Positions 13,001-26,555 of a DNA stretch of 64,000 nt are shown here, one piece after another (the stretch's first letter is position 1; the number at the start of each line of letters is the position of its first letter). A model generated the notes under the pieces. The model was not told the origin of the DNA. It did no database searches and worked only from the letters and a program-made list of their open reading frames with translations. The position numbers were made by a program, and so were the translations under genes. Source of the stretch: Balanoglossus misakiensis (taxonomy: Eukaryota; Animalia; Hemichordata). Location of the stretch: NCBI GenBank assembly GCA_040954595.2, contig CM082576.2, positions 7,939,129 to 8,003,128 of the forward strand, in the 5' to 3' direction.

Positions 13001-13730
13001 GGTTGCTGCATGGTTGTGGGAAAGTAAGAATTGTGGGACAGAAAACTGAAGCCATGACGGAGACGATACATGGTAGGGGGTGTGGGTGGGGTTTGTTTGT
13101 TCACAATCTCCAGCAGTTGACGGTTTAACTAAGTAAAATTATGAGCTCATTTGGGCAGATCTCTATTGTTGTTGCAGTATAATTTAATCAAGTTGCCAAA
13201 TAGAATGAAATTCCAGGAAGCCATACAGATTTGCATGATGTACCATCTGCGAATGAACAACAATTGGCGTACAGTTTGGTTATCATGCTTTGTTTCATGT
13301 CCATGTATATAATTATAGACATTCATTTCTACATTGTTTGTTTTGCAGATGCAAAGACCAGATGGGTATCCGGCAACCAACCTGAGGACGACCTGTCCAT
13401 TTTCCGCGATGCAGCTGTAACTGTTACCTGGCAGTCTGCAGTGACCACCCATCATCTAATGACACTAGTATTTCCATTGATGTTTACCAAGCTGATGCAA
13501 TGCACTGCTATGGGTATGCTCTGCTATGGGTCCTAAGTTTCTTGGAAAATTTGGCATAATTGTGTAAATTACAACTCTTTGATTTTGTTTCTAAATTGCC
13601 CCAATGCTGTATGCTGTTTCTGTTTACATACTAATCCTTCACCTAACTTACCCATTCCACCCCTACACTTGCACTCGCCACAGAACAGCATTTACAGCAA
13701 TCTAGTCTGAAATTCAAATTCTCATTAAAA
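10050..13730 (+). ncRNA. Putative spliced lncRNA (or transposon-derived transcript) built from duplicated mini-exons
   Basis: Strong donor at 10209|GTAAGT. Related small exons bounded by TTTTGCAG|AT and |GTAAG: 10919-10985, 12286-12333, 12408-12489, 12563-12619. Last exon starts at 13349, with ATTAAA at ~13724. Exon 12408-12489 has stops in all three frames. Start and end are approximate. Confidence 0.4.
11430..12200. repeat. 130-bp tandem minisatellite, 6 near-identical copies
   Basis: TTTCGTCATTATTCAATAAA recurs at 11461, 11591, 11721, 11851, 11981 and 12112. Confidence 0.97.
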
Positions 13731-13920
13731 ATTGAAAAGATGAATGACTCTGTTCACCATTTGTAACTGTCGAAGTCGTTTGATTTGGAAGGTGGGTCCT
13801 TGCCATATTTATTGAGGGGGTTTGTTTTCACTTCTTCACTGAACATTCTGTGGAGTAGTATACTTAGTATGCATTGCATGGTAGACTTGCATCCATCAAT
13901 GGAGATGCAACGAAAATGAT

Positions 13921-14288
13921 TTGAGTTTCACAGAATTAATGAATTTGCTGCTTTTTCATTATTGTAAGTATACAGGTAATACTGTATACACGTATCCTGT
14001 TTTGTTGATGGTTTCAAAACTTTGAAATTAAAATTTTCAATGAACTAGATTAAAATGAAATACTCGTGTCTGTGTCATTTTATTAACCCAACACTGCCTT
14101 GATGTTGAGTTTCACAGAATTAATGAATTTGCTGCTTTTTCATTATTGTAAGTATACAGGTAATACTGTATACATGTATCCTGTTTTGTTTATGGTTTCA
14201 AAACTTTGAAATTAAAATTTTCAATGAACTAGATTAAAATGAAATACTCGTGTCTGTGTCATTTTATTAACCCAACACTGCCTTGATT
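13921..14288. repeat. 184-bp tandem duplication (2 copies)
   Basis: TTGAGTTTCACAGAATTAATGAATTTGCTG...CACTGCCTTGAT starts at 13921 and at 14105, with only a few mismatches. Confidence 0.95.
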
Positions 14289-15522
14289 TTGAGATAATTG
14301 AAACGGGTAAGGTCAAAGGTCGGCCCGTTAATTTGTAGCAAAATGTTGTCCCATTGAAACTCAAAAAAGCGTTATGTATAGATACTGACCTATGCAAAGA
14401 AGGTGAAAAATAGTCACAATTTTGGCAAACTTATTTTGTTCCCTAGTTGGCCTTAGCAACTGAGACCTTGGTCTTTGCTTCCAACTGACGTTCAGGAAAT
14501 TCAAAAGTAGGCGAAAGATCCCCTGTAAATATGGTAGCAAAGTCCGGAAGTTTGACATGTTTTCTAAACTCAACAGTATGTCGAAAGTTGCCACAAATCC
14601 AAAGGCTGTACCCTAAGCTGAGCTTTTCCTAGTAAACGTATCCATGTACACTATGTACACTACAGAAGCCGATAGTAGGAAGCAGGGGGGGGGGGGGCAA
14701 ACTTTGGCGTACGTCGCTGAGGGCGCCATAATATTCATCACTTCTGGAGCAGCAAGTTCAGTGTTTTTCTGGCACAGTCAGCCGCCGCCAAAGAAACAGA
14801 AAATTAATTCCAGTCTATATAAAATAAATTCTAACACATTAAATTAATATAAAACAATTTCTACCGGAGGGGCCTCATAGTCCTCCGGAGCTCGGTACAC
14901 ATTATGTTCAACAAAGCATGAAATGCAAAATTGAAGAGCTGATATTCAATTCATCGACATCAATGGCAACAATAATTTGTCACAGGCAACTAAAATATAA
15001 TATGACACATAATACTAAGTACTGCGACGGTGTTAAGAAAACGTGTCTGAACACGAAATGTATCTGGGTCGTTTATATTAATTTGTCAAATAACGCAGAA
15101 TAGAAACCTGAATAAAAGAGGCATTAGGAGACGATTGACAAGAGTCGTTGTCACACATTGTACGGACATTCTGGGAATTAGAAGACGAACATTTGAATAT
15201 GTGACCGTGTAACTTTCAATGACTGAGTTATGTTTATGACTGTACAAAATAATCTGCCCGTGGACCTCCATGCAAAGTAGGTGGACCCTGGGTTAGGGGG
15301 GTGGACCTCTGTCTCGGGTCACCGACTTTCTATCTGGGTCGACGAGACTCACAGACCGCAGGCTTCAACGCGTGATCAGCAGAATCTAAGTTCACAGTTT
15401 ACAGGTGATCGCTCTTGACCGTGACAGAACTGAATTGAGCTGTAGTTCAGACTTTCCCTACTGACGTTGTTTAACAGAGAATTGATTTGATAGGTAACAC
15501 TTGAAGCAGAAGAACCACAACT

Positions 15523-17791
15523 ATGGTTATCGCGAATAGGGTTGCGTTGATTACCGGGGCAGCAGACGGCATGGGAAAGGCGATTGCTGTGAGACTATTG
15601 GAGAAAGGGGCGAAGGTAATGTCGAGGACACAGTTACATGTTGCAGAAGTCGTCCTCCGGAAGCTGGTGGTGTGGAGAACAGTGTTAATATTGACATATT
15701 TTTACTGCATTAGAAAGACGAAGATCTTCGTTGTAAGATATACGAAGAAGGAGCATACAATGACTTCAGTTTACTTCCGGGATCAACGAAAGGGAGGGAG
15801 GTTATCAGCAAATGGTCCGACTTTTCTGATATATTATAAACATACCAACATACATATGAATTTTCAATGTGTTTCTAACCCACTTTTTAAATGACAGTCT
15901 TATTCCAGACAGAATATTAATCATGCCTAACACATTACATATTTTGGTACAATGAATCACCAGCAACTTGTCTTATAGGATGTCCATAATTGCCAAGTGT
16001 TCTGTCCATGCATGTTTGCAGCTGAACCATTTTCTTTCTACAGGGTGTGTGTCTCGTCGACATCAACGACAGAAAGGCCAAGGAGACAGCGGCGAAACTG
16101 TCCAGTCAATTTGGCGAAGAGAAAGTTCTGTATGTGAACTGTGACATATCCTCGAAAGAACAGTTCGAAGGTTTGTATTCCAAGAATTCAATATTTACAG
16201 TCGGCGAAGAGTTCAGCAGCTCGCTTTGTTTTAAAATCATAAAATAGACCATTTTCATATTGTATAGGCGTAATGTCCTCAAAATGAACCCTTACTCTTG
16301 CATTGATGTCGAGTTGTTGACCTATGCCATCAAACCTTTATTTCAGACGCTTTTCAGAAAGCCAAGGCGCATTTTGGCGGGCTTCACATAGTCTGCAACA
16401 ACGCCGCCATTGGGGATGAGATCAACTGGGAACGGATGGTGGACGTTAATCTGGTAAGTTGAGAACGAAACTGTTGTGTTAGTCTTCAGAAAAGGATGTA
16501 AGACCTTCTCGTTTTTCTAGTAGACTGACAGCGATCTAACAAACAGAAAATGCAGAGAGCGCGCATAAAGCTTGTGTCGTTCATCAATCATGGCTGCTGA
16601 CTCACAATTCTGTTCCTATTTTCAGAAAGGCGTCATCAGAGGAACGTACTTGGCAGTGGAGCACATGGGAACGAAGAATGGAGGCAGTGGTGGCGCTGTT
16701 GTCAACACAGCTTCAATAAGTGGTGTGTATATACAACTGTACATGTCCCCCCCCCCCCCCCGAAATCAAGTGCTTCCCCTCTCGGAATCAATGTCGACCT
16801 GCCGACCACTAGCAGCAAATAACCAGCATACAGAACTTATCTAACCGTCTCACAGTAATTTTATGTAGTTTCGGCGTTTGCAAGCCACTCTTGGCGTGAC
16901 ATCTTCAATAAATTTATGTATTTATCAAATTGGTACATTTCCCTGTCCCAGGTTTCCTTCCGAGCCCGTTACCAGTGTATTCGGCCACAAAACATGGCGT
17001 CGTCGGTTTCACCCGGAGTTCAGCGGTAAGGCCACGCCCTTTTTCTCGTGTGTCACCAAACTTTTGAAATCGTGTTTTGTTTTGTTTTTGCCATAGCCTC
17101 AACAATTGCGACTGTACGATCGAGATCTGTGACATTTTCGTAAGACTTGTATGTACCAGTCGTTTAATAGACTAGTCTGCTCTATGGCAACGACAATAGT
17201 GCATTGGAATATCGATGTCTTCTTCCATCATCATGAGTTAATGTAAACCTCAGAAAAATGAAAAGCAATCTGAGCTCCATCTTGCCACTTTTTGTCTCTG
17301 TCAAGGAAGAGCCTTTGCTAAAAGAGAATGGCGTACGGGTTAACGCTGTTTGTCCCGGGTTTGTCGACACACAGTTCACCGTCGATATTATAGAGAAGGG
17401 CACCCGATATCCTGACTTGTATGCCGCGAGAAAGAAGTCGACCAGGAAAGTGCCGTAAGTAACGACAATTTGAAAGGAGGAAGTCTGACTGACAAGGAAC
17501 CTGCACATATACCATTCGCAACCACAGAATGTTAGTATTTTGGTGTTCATGGTCTCATAATTACCCATCTAAAATATTTTTAATCCCGTTTTCTCACTGG
17601 CCTGATAGGTGTTCTGGTCGCGTGGGAGTAATTTGACCTAACATCTCATTGTCTTTTCCCCGTGCAGGATCCAAAATGTTGTAGACGCGGTCCTGAAGCT
17701 CATCGAAGACACAGGTTACAACGGGGTGACCTGCGCCGTTGTTCCCGATGACCCCATGCTCATTGTGGAACCTCCTAAGTTGGTCGTTTTG

Positions 17792-17794
<3 letters not shown>
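15523..17794 (+). CDS. HPGD: 15-hydroxyprostaglandin dehydrogenase-like SDR, copy A (257 aa)
   Basis: Exons 15523-15615, 16044-16170, 16347-16453, 16626-16722, 16952-17025, 17306-17454, 17668-17794. Motifs: TGAADGMG Rossmann, VDIN, CNNAA, catalytic YSATK, GVRVNAVCPGFVDT. The 7-exon layout matches my recollection of vertebrate HPGD. Confidence 0.92.
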
Positions 17795-17866
<72 letters not shown>

Positions 17867-17882
17867 CGACGACGACGATGAC

Positions 17883-17950
<68 letters not shown>

Positions 17951-17978
17951 GGACGACGACGACGACGACGACGACGAC

Positions 17979-18019
<41 letters not shown>

Positions 18020-18036
18020 CGACGATGATGATGATG
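17792..18036. repeat. (TGA/CGA)n microsatellite starting at the HPGD-A stop codon
   Basis: ...GTT TTG TGA TGA TGA... for ~245 bp. The paralog has only TGATAATGATG here. Confidence 0.97.
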
Positions 18037-18833
18037 CCTGTGGTGATGACGAGAAGGAGGATATGGCGTAGCGGTGAAATATGCGCATTCTGCCTCAACA
18101 TTTTTACCTTATGATAATAGTTTCAGTGGTAACATCGATAACGGTTGAACCGGGTTTCGGAAAATGATCGTTTTGACACAAGCCTTGTGCACATCCCGAA
18201 CGTGAGGTTATCTTGAAATATCAGAATTGTTACCATAATTTTACGGAAAAGTTGAATAAATGATCAGACACGCATGTAATGGTTGTCTCTTGATCACCGG
18301 TGTTAGCATGCTGTTTGGAGTAGGGCAATTACTCCGAGTGTGCCACCACCACCACCACCAAAATTTATGATCAGTAGTACGCCCCCAGGCGGCGAATCGA
18401 TCATATGCAGATGTTTGTGACCAAGAATCCCTCTGGTCAGTAGGACAATGCGAGCCATGTGGGACCTAAATTTTACACGGAATTAGGAAAGTAGTTCGTG
18501 ACGTCCTATAGCGCAAACTGTATTCATAGGATTCTACTGAGTTGTGTGTGTGATTACTAGTATATAAACTGTGCAACAAGAAATAATATGTCCATGGATC
18601 GTATACAAAATAAAGTGGACCCCGGGAGTGCACCCATCAACGGATGATCAGCGGGGTCAAAGTTTACAGTTGACAGGTGATCCTGTCCGGCGAGTACTGT
18701 ATGGAGTTGAAGTTTAATTGGACGTTCCGTTAAATTTCGGTACGCTACCACCAAATCACGCTACTGATGGTGTTTAACAAAGAATTGGTTTGATAGGAGA
18801 CCCTTGAAGCAAGGTGACAAACAGGCCTTAACT

Positions 18834-20982
18834 ATGGCGATCGCGAATAGAGTTGCGTTGATTACCGGGGCTGCAGACGGCATAGGAAGGGCGATTGCTG
18901 TGAGACTGTTGGAGAAAGGACTAAAGGTAATGTCGAGAACACGGGTGCGTGTTGCTGGGATATCGTCGGTTGTAAGCCGGCGCCGGCAGATGACGACTCG
19001 GAGGTGAGGCCAAACCTCGATAACAGAGGTGCGGCCGTCAACCCATGAAGGGAAGAGGGGGAGGGGCGGCGGCCTATCGCGCGTGCGCGCATAGCTCGAC
19101 TTGCAGCATTTTTTTTCTTGGAGCCCACAAGCGATTGCGCTTCGTGATAGAAAATATCTCAATCACCCTCCCCAAGCACTATTCAAGTGCGTTAACGTCT
19201 GGACTGTTTTTTTCTGCAGGGTGTGTGTCTTGTCGACATTAACGACAGAAAAGCCAAGGAAACGGCGGCGAAACTGTCGAGTAAATTTGGCGAAGAGAAA
19301 GTTCTCTACGTGAACTGTGATATATCCTCGAAAGAACAGTTTGAAGGTTAGTATTCAAAGAATTCAATTTTGTACAGTCAGCGCAGATTTCAGCAACCGT
19401 ACCCGTTTTATTTTTAAATCATAAAATCGGCAATTTTCATGTCCGCAAAAGTGAATCCTTACTCTTGCATTGATGCCGTTTTTGTTATCTTACGCCACCA
19501 AACATTTAAAATTACAGGTGCTTTTCAGAAAACCAGGGCGCATTTTAGCGGGCTTCACATAGTCTGCAACAACGCCGCCATTGTGAATGAGATCAACTGG
19601 GATCGGATGGTAGACGTTAATCTGGTGGGTTCAGAATCTGTCGTGAATTGTTATCGATTGATTATGAATGATTGAATTCATTGTGCATTCGCCAACCGAT
19701 AGAAACAGTTTGTCTGGATATACTCTGTAAATATGATGAACGGCGAAACTTTCGAATTGATGAAACTATAGTTGTAAGATCACACAACACGACGTATCAC
19801 CTATAGTCTTCGAGACTGTTTGAAAGCTTATTTAGTATGATCCAAGACAAGAGATCGAAAACTCATATCCAGTTTCATGACTACAGTACGGCGACTGTCT
19901 TCATTGCAATGCTTTACAGGGGTACTGCCTATAGGTGGGCCGTGACTGAGGTCGTATAGACAGCTCGTTCGGTTCATCATGACGGTTGACTTGAAATTAT
20001 GTTCTTCGTTTCAGAAGGGTGTTATCAGGGGGACATACTTGGCAGCAGAGCACATGGGAACGAAGAATGGAGGCACTGGTGGCGCTGTTGTGAATATAGC
20101 TTCGGTAAATGGTGTGTACACGTACAACCTCCCACCCACGGATCGACACCAATTGTCGACCCATCAAAATCTAGCAAGAAAGAGCCATGATACAGAACTT
20201 ATCTTAGTAATTGTCTTACAGCAATCTTTGATGCAGTTTCGACGTTTTCGAGTCACCCTTTGCGTGATATCTTCAATAAATGTATGCATTTATCAATATT
20301 GGTACATTTTCTGTCCCAGGTTTCCTACCGAACCGTATCGTACCGGTGTATTCGGCCACAAAACATGGCATCGTCGGTTTCACCAGGAGTTCAGCGGTAG
20401 GTTGCACGCTCTATGGGGATGCTAGTCCTCGATATGTTGACTTGACTTATTGATGCATTCTTCCTTCATCGGGAGTTAACGTTAACCCCAGAAAACCGAA
20501 AGAAATCTGAGTTCCATCTTGTCACTTTTTGTCTCTGTCCAGGAAGAGCCTTTGCTGCAAGAGAATGGCGTCCGGGTGAACGCTGTTTGTCCCGGCGTGG
20601 TCGACACACAGATGATCGCCGATATTGAAGAGAAGGGCAGCCGATATCCCGACTTGTATGCGGCGAGAAAGGGCTTGGCTAGAAAAGTTCCGTAAGTAAT
20701 GACAACTTAAAGGGGAGGTACAGGCGTAACCCGTTGCTACTCAGTTTGTTAAATATCCCTCCACTGACAGAACGACAAAACAATAAACAATTGTCTCATA
20801 TTTATTCTGAAAAATGCGCGTTTTCCTGTCTGAACATCTCATTGTCTTTTCCTAGGATCCAAAATGTTGTAGACGCGGTCCTGAAATTCATCGAAGACAC
20901 AAGTTCCAACGGGGTGACTTGCGCCGTTGTTCCCGATGACCCCATGCTCGTTGTGGAACCTCCTAAGTTGGTCGTTATATGA
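18834..20982 (+). CDS. HPGD: 15-hydroxyprostaglandin dehydrogenase-like SDR, copy B (258 aa)
   Basis: Exons 18834-18926, 19220-19346, 19518-19624, 20015-20111, 20320-20396, 20543-20691, 20856-20982. TGAADGIG and YSATK motifs. Introns, upstream region and 3' UTR align with copy A. Confidence 0.92.
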
Positions 20983-22849
20983 TAATGATGCCGGTGGTGA
21001 TGCGGATGAGGTGGATATGGTATAGCAGTGAAATATGCGCACTTTGCCACATAATTTTTGAACTTAAGATAATGGGTTCGGTGGGAACATCGATAACGGT
21101 TGAACAGGGTTTCGGGAGATTATGGTTTTTGGTGCAAGCCTTCTGCACACATCCTGAACGTGAGGTTATCTTGCAATATCAGACTTTTTATCATTTTACA
21201 GACACGTTGAATAAATGATCAGACGCACATGTACATCGCTGTCAGACTGTCTCTCTCATCTTTGTATCACCAGGGCGGGCTGCAAGACGGGGGTAATCAA
21301 TGTTACGCACGCGCAGATTTCATGGCCATCTGTCCAGGTGTTTTACATGGCAGACGAGGACACTCCAGAGTTCAAAGGTTACAGTGGTTGTTTGGGTTTG
21401 AACTTGAACACATCGGCTGTCATTAAATTCAAGAACCACAGTCTAAGAGAGACTAACTTTCAACCGATTTTAATTCACACCCAAAAAATCTAATCTATGT
21501 TCAACATGGTTTTCTTCTTATATAATACGTAGCCTACAGTTTCCCTGTACATGAATAAGAAATATTCATCGCTTAGTAGGAAGTGATGAAGCTAACTAAA
21601 CAGTCTTGTACTCCGTTGCAATTGAGAATGTGTATGAAATCCTCCTTTGATACGAAAGCTTATGAAGATACTCATGCATTGTTCTTTTCGCCCCAGCGGT
21701 CAATCTACTGTGATAATGTCAATTGAACCACCTAAAAGGATTTCAAACAAATGTGAAATCACTTCATAATTTAAAAAAAAATAACACGTTAGATTATGTG
21801 TATTCAGTTTGACAAGAGCCTGTGGGCTAATGACATGGAGTTGTTGGTAGCCATAGTAACAGTGCGTACAATCGATTGAGATGGCATCATCAGCGGTTGT
21901 ACTTGATCGAAATAAAACAATTATGCGGGTCACATGGATCACATGGATTCCGCACTGTGCCGGTTGCCATAGAAACTTCATATCTGCGAAAGATAACGAA
22001 GACTGTGAAATACAATGCGATATGAAGGCCTCTGGAAATTTGGCAGGGTTGCCTGTTCGATCGAAGCTCTCTTTATATAACGACGAGAAAAGCTGTTCAA
22101 GCGATATTGTAATGAAGTACTTGAAATATACGAATTTCTTTAATTCATGTAATTGAAGGCCGGGATAGACCATTTGCCCAGGGAGCTTTCATAAATTAGA
22201 TCGGGCTTACCATTGGCCGAACAAATCATAGACACTCGACTCGTATTAACAAATGTCGATTGACAGTGATTCATGCATCGTTTTTTGGGGTTGGAATTAG
22301 CTGCCCGTGATGATCTATATGCCAAAGTGATACTCCAGTACGTGTGTAGTGAACACGAAAATTAGTGAGAATATGTGTGAAACTTAACCCTCCTAAATAT
22401 CGCTTTGTAAAATACGCCCTTTGTACGTTATGCGTGAGTTACTATATAACACGAAACCTTGCAAATTGTGTACTTACGCATGCGCTTTTTAGTGACACTT
22501 CTTTGCCGTTCTTGAAATACACGATCGTGGATCGAGTCAACCGCGCAGTCGCACAAAAATTATCATAAATCATGTCTGCTAACAGAGCGAGATAAAGCAA
22601 TAACCATCAGCTGCTCTATATGAATTTAACAAGGCAACGCTACACGCATATGGTAGGTCTGTTACTCTATTTCAGAACAGCGGGTACCACTATACCGTTA
22701 ATCCAGATTCTTGAAGAACGCTATCGGAGGTGAATTTCAAGACTCTGATATCGCAACTCGCTTATTATCCTCGCTCGTCCTGATTTTACCCATCATCGTT
22801 GTTTGACACTGCGAATCTCCACTGCTCAACGCGGCCGGCACTTGCCACT

Positions 22850-25800
22850 ATGACTTACGCGCGGTTGGGTTTCATCGTCTTCATCGTCATTGTTCTCTGC
22901 TGTGCGTCAATCCACGGGCACACAGGCTCCTCTCACGGAGGAGGTCAACATCGAGGCGATCCAAGCAACAAATTCCACGATCCGAGCGTTGTCAGAGATA
23001 AAGAGTAAGTGATTTAGTTTGTATTCTTTGGAGAAAAATAAGTCTTTTGCCAGACAAAAGAAATTGGATGTCTCGAAGACATAGTATTAAAAATATATGG
23101 CTTGCATATATTGGTATTAAATATATATGTATATTTTTGGCAAATATATAATGTATATATTTATATTTGTACTACATGTATGATGCCTTTGTTATATTTA
23201 TCGTATGAATGCACTCTACGTGATATTTATACAAGCATGAAAGAATGAAAGCAAACATGTACTGTTATTATTAACTGTTATTATTATTAAGTCTATGTGA
23301 TAAAATGGAAGTATAGTTTCTTTCCACTGCGCTAAAAGATGGTAAAAATTAAAGTGATTTATATATCTCTCGACAAACTCAAGTACACACACAAGCATAT
23401 GGTTGTGTATTACACTGTGTATAAGAAAATGATTGGCGTTCGTTAAACAGCATAGAAATTGTGACCGTAGGTCAAACAACTTATAACGAGCCCACCTATA
23501 ATGCAATCGCGGTCGATCTGTATATACATGTGTATTTCACCACTAGTGAACTGTGTTTTAACCCAGTTCGTTGTACGAGGAAGTACGTCATTATTATTTC
23601 CGAATGATAAAAGTCGATGATCTGCCTGCCTCATTAATTCCTCACGTGTAGTACCTCGAACAAACACTGTTATCTCTTTCTATCTTTTTATGAATAGTAA
23701 TAAGATGAAATCGGATATTTTATAGTCACGTTAATTAACTTATCTCGGAACACATTGCACTTATAATATCTACATCATTGAGTAGTAAAATCGGGCATGC
23801 ATGTCAAAGGAAAATCAGATAACGTGACAGTCGTGTCATATAAACTATATAAAATGCATGCAGGCGTATATACGGTGATTTTATTTTGCAAATTCGACAA
23901 CGGAAAGAGACGTCGGTCTGCTTTCATACCTGTTAGGCTGCAAGGTGATGAACACCCCCTACGATCGTGTCAAAGTCATTCATCATAATCTTCAATCACG
24001 TCAGATATCTTGTGTAGGTGTAGTGTCTTTTGAGGTCATTAAAGCGTGCAACGCAAAGAGCCGCGGGGTCACCTTGTATAGAGGCAAACATTGGAAATCT
24101 ATAGTTATGATTAAAGATAAAGATGACATTACAGTTTCCGTCCGCCCATGCGTTTTTTTTCTTGTGATGAGAATTCTCTGGGGCGATCGGAAACCGAAAC
24201 ACGTCGCAGCGGCAGAGGCGAGGATTCGCATTGACTTCACATGTGTAATTGAAATACACATGTACTAGTTTTCTTCGCCGTATCGTCAAAAGCGCCAATC
24301 GATACGACAGGTCTTATCTGAGGACCCGAGACAGTGATATGAATGGAATAGTACGTATACAGTCTTTATGCTGAATGTCAAAAAGAAGCGCATTTCAGTC
24401 AACCGAATAGAAAGGTGCTATTTTCAGTTTATGTCGCATAAATGTGGATTTTTATAACGAGCAATATACATGTACCAGTCTTGTCAATTTTCCCGTAAAT
24501 GATAAAAAATATTTACGGCTTGACGAGTGTATAATTAAATGTGGCATCTGAGACCATACGCCCGGACGCCGTGCCGCTGGTTACTGAGTGATTTATTAAA
24601 GTGTGGCCTCGCACACCAGAGACACCCGTTTTTTAATATAGTTCTGCCTGATATAATGTGGATGAACCCTGTAGATACTTCTCCCGCTTGACTACAAAGA
24701 GCCCAACGTTTTGTTTCCTATAGTACTTCCTGTCACAGCTAATGAAGTCTATTAACATACCAGTTTATCACTGGGACAACCGTTCAAATAAGCGGAGAAA
24801 ACTCCATATATCAAAACCTCCTTGAACGTGGAATTAATTATAGTGACATAATTAGCTTTTGATACCAATTCGAGCTTCTTTGATGAAAATTTGGAAAAGT
24901 AAAGGCAATAGAATGCCATGTCCCTTATAATGTTAATATATATGAACATCGCTTTGTACACGTGGATTTCGACGTAAATTACATATGTAAAACAGAGTGG
25001 CATCGCTTCGTTTACATTATCTCGATAGTATTAAGATTGCCAGTGCGTGGGAGCCACGCACCTGTCAATTTTCCTCGCCCACTTTTACGCGTATTTCGAG
25101 GTCTATCTCGTTCGACATACATGACGTCGAGGAGGATATATTTCATGTTCGCTGCGCACAATGTTCAAAGACAACGCTGGCTGTTGATGAAGGAAGTCTA
25201 TCATTTGCCTTGATTTGCTAAAATTGTCTTCTCTCGCCATTATTATATCACACAATATATGACAGTAAACATTTTCCAATTGCGCCCTCTCAAATGGACG
25301 CCATCTTTGACGGTGTCGTCTGCTTGAATAACTGGTTGAAATTTGCATTTGTTATCTTGTGCAGGCACGTCAAGGAACACTTAAAGGATGTCGCGGGTGA
25401 TCTGGATGAAAATGAAATGACAGACGAAGAGCTGGAGTTCCATTATTTCAAGTAAGTGGAATGCGTCTAGTTTTAAATTGAGTTGAGCAATACCTGCACC
25501 CATAAATACCGGCAATAGTCGTTTTGAGAGATCCCGGATGTTTCTAGCTACTGACACCCAACTTCTTTGCAACCAACAGAATGCACGATTTCGACAACAA
25601 CACAAAACTGGATGGCCTTGAGATGCTAGCGGCGCTGACACATATGATGGAACACGATCTGACGATAGACGATAAACTCTCCGATGAAATCGAGACAAGA
25701 ATAGGATACTACTCAGGTATATACGTCGATATCCACTCTTATGTCGGTCTGTCTGTCAGTCTGCCTGCCTGCCTGCCTATATATATGTATGTCTCGTTGA

Positions 25801-26144
25801 CACGGTCGATTGGTCTGCTTGTCTGTCTCTCTGTCACTGAAAGTTCGGTTTCTGTAATTATGAAAAAACTACATATCACGAAAATAATCACCATGTTATT
25901 ACCATATATTGACATGGATCTATTCATACCCCTAGGAATTGTAATCTTCCGAATTCTTTTCTACCCAGATGATTGACAAACATCTGTGTATTTTTTGTTC
26001 ACAGAAATCATTGACAGGGTGCTACAAGAAGACGATTTCAATAACGATGGCTACTTGACTTATCTGGAGTATGTTGTTGCTAGGCGACGAGACGAAAGAG
26101 CGTCAGCAGCGGCGGCGACACAGAAACAGTCCGGTGACCTGTAG
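22850..26144 (+). CDS. MCFD2: MCFD2-like secreted/ER double EF-hand protein, copy A (172 aa)
   Basis: Exons 22850-23004, 25365-25451, 25580-25716, 26005-26144. Signal peptide; [38 protein letters not shown]; second EF-hand DDFNNDGYLTYLE. Confidence 0.87.
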
Positions 26145-26555
26145 AAAGTTAGCCCGCCAAAACTATGCAATGAATTCCCTACAGAACAACTACAGAACCT
26201 GTCAGCTTCCAAAAGACAATTCATTTCAGTCCAAAAGGGCCATAAATTTTGGACTTAGATTCGGGCTTTGTAAAACTATGTTTCAACGTATGGGTCCCTG
26301 ATATCATAATTTGATCGTCTATTTAGAGGTCCCGAGAAATCGTGGACATCACCCACCAATTTCCCAGAATTTAGCAGTGATACCAAGATAGACAACATTT
26401 ATTTCAGTTCTTTTCTGAACAAACATTTCCAGTCTGTAAATAACATCAGCTGTCAGAATATTGATGACATTTTTGCCTTTCCCCTTTATTTGAGTATTTC
26501 CCCTGAAATGTGTTTGTGTCATCGACGCTTTTTCTTATTCTAAGTCTTGCAAAAC

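Noticed and set aside
9100-14650. Possible terminal inverted repeats bounding the 9-14.6 kb repeat-rich region
   Set aside because: Only short, patchy reverse-complement matches (~9220-9260 vs ~14585-14645) and no TSD.
14864-14888. GC hairpin CCGGAGG...CCTCCGG as a Helitron 3' end or terminator
   Set aside because: No CTRR terminus follows, and bacterial-type terminators do not apply here.
17594-18114. Poly-Asp, poly-Ser, poly-Ile and poly-Met ORFs
   Set aside because: These come from the 3' UTR microsatellite; the real HPGD frame stops at 17794.
21330-22330. ORFs 21700-22173 (-) and 21881-22156 (+), and an exon-like VFYMADEDTPEFK stretch
   Set aside because: I could not build a consistent splice model or recognise a domain. 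It may be a decayed gene or retroelement fragment; BLASTx would decide.
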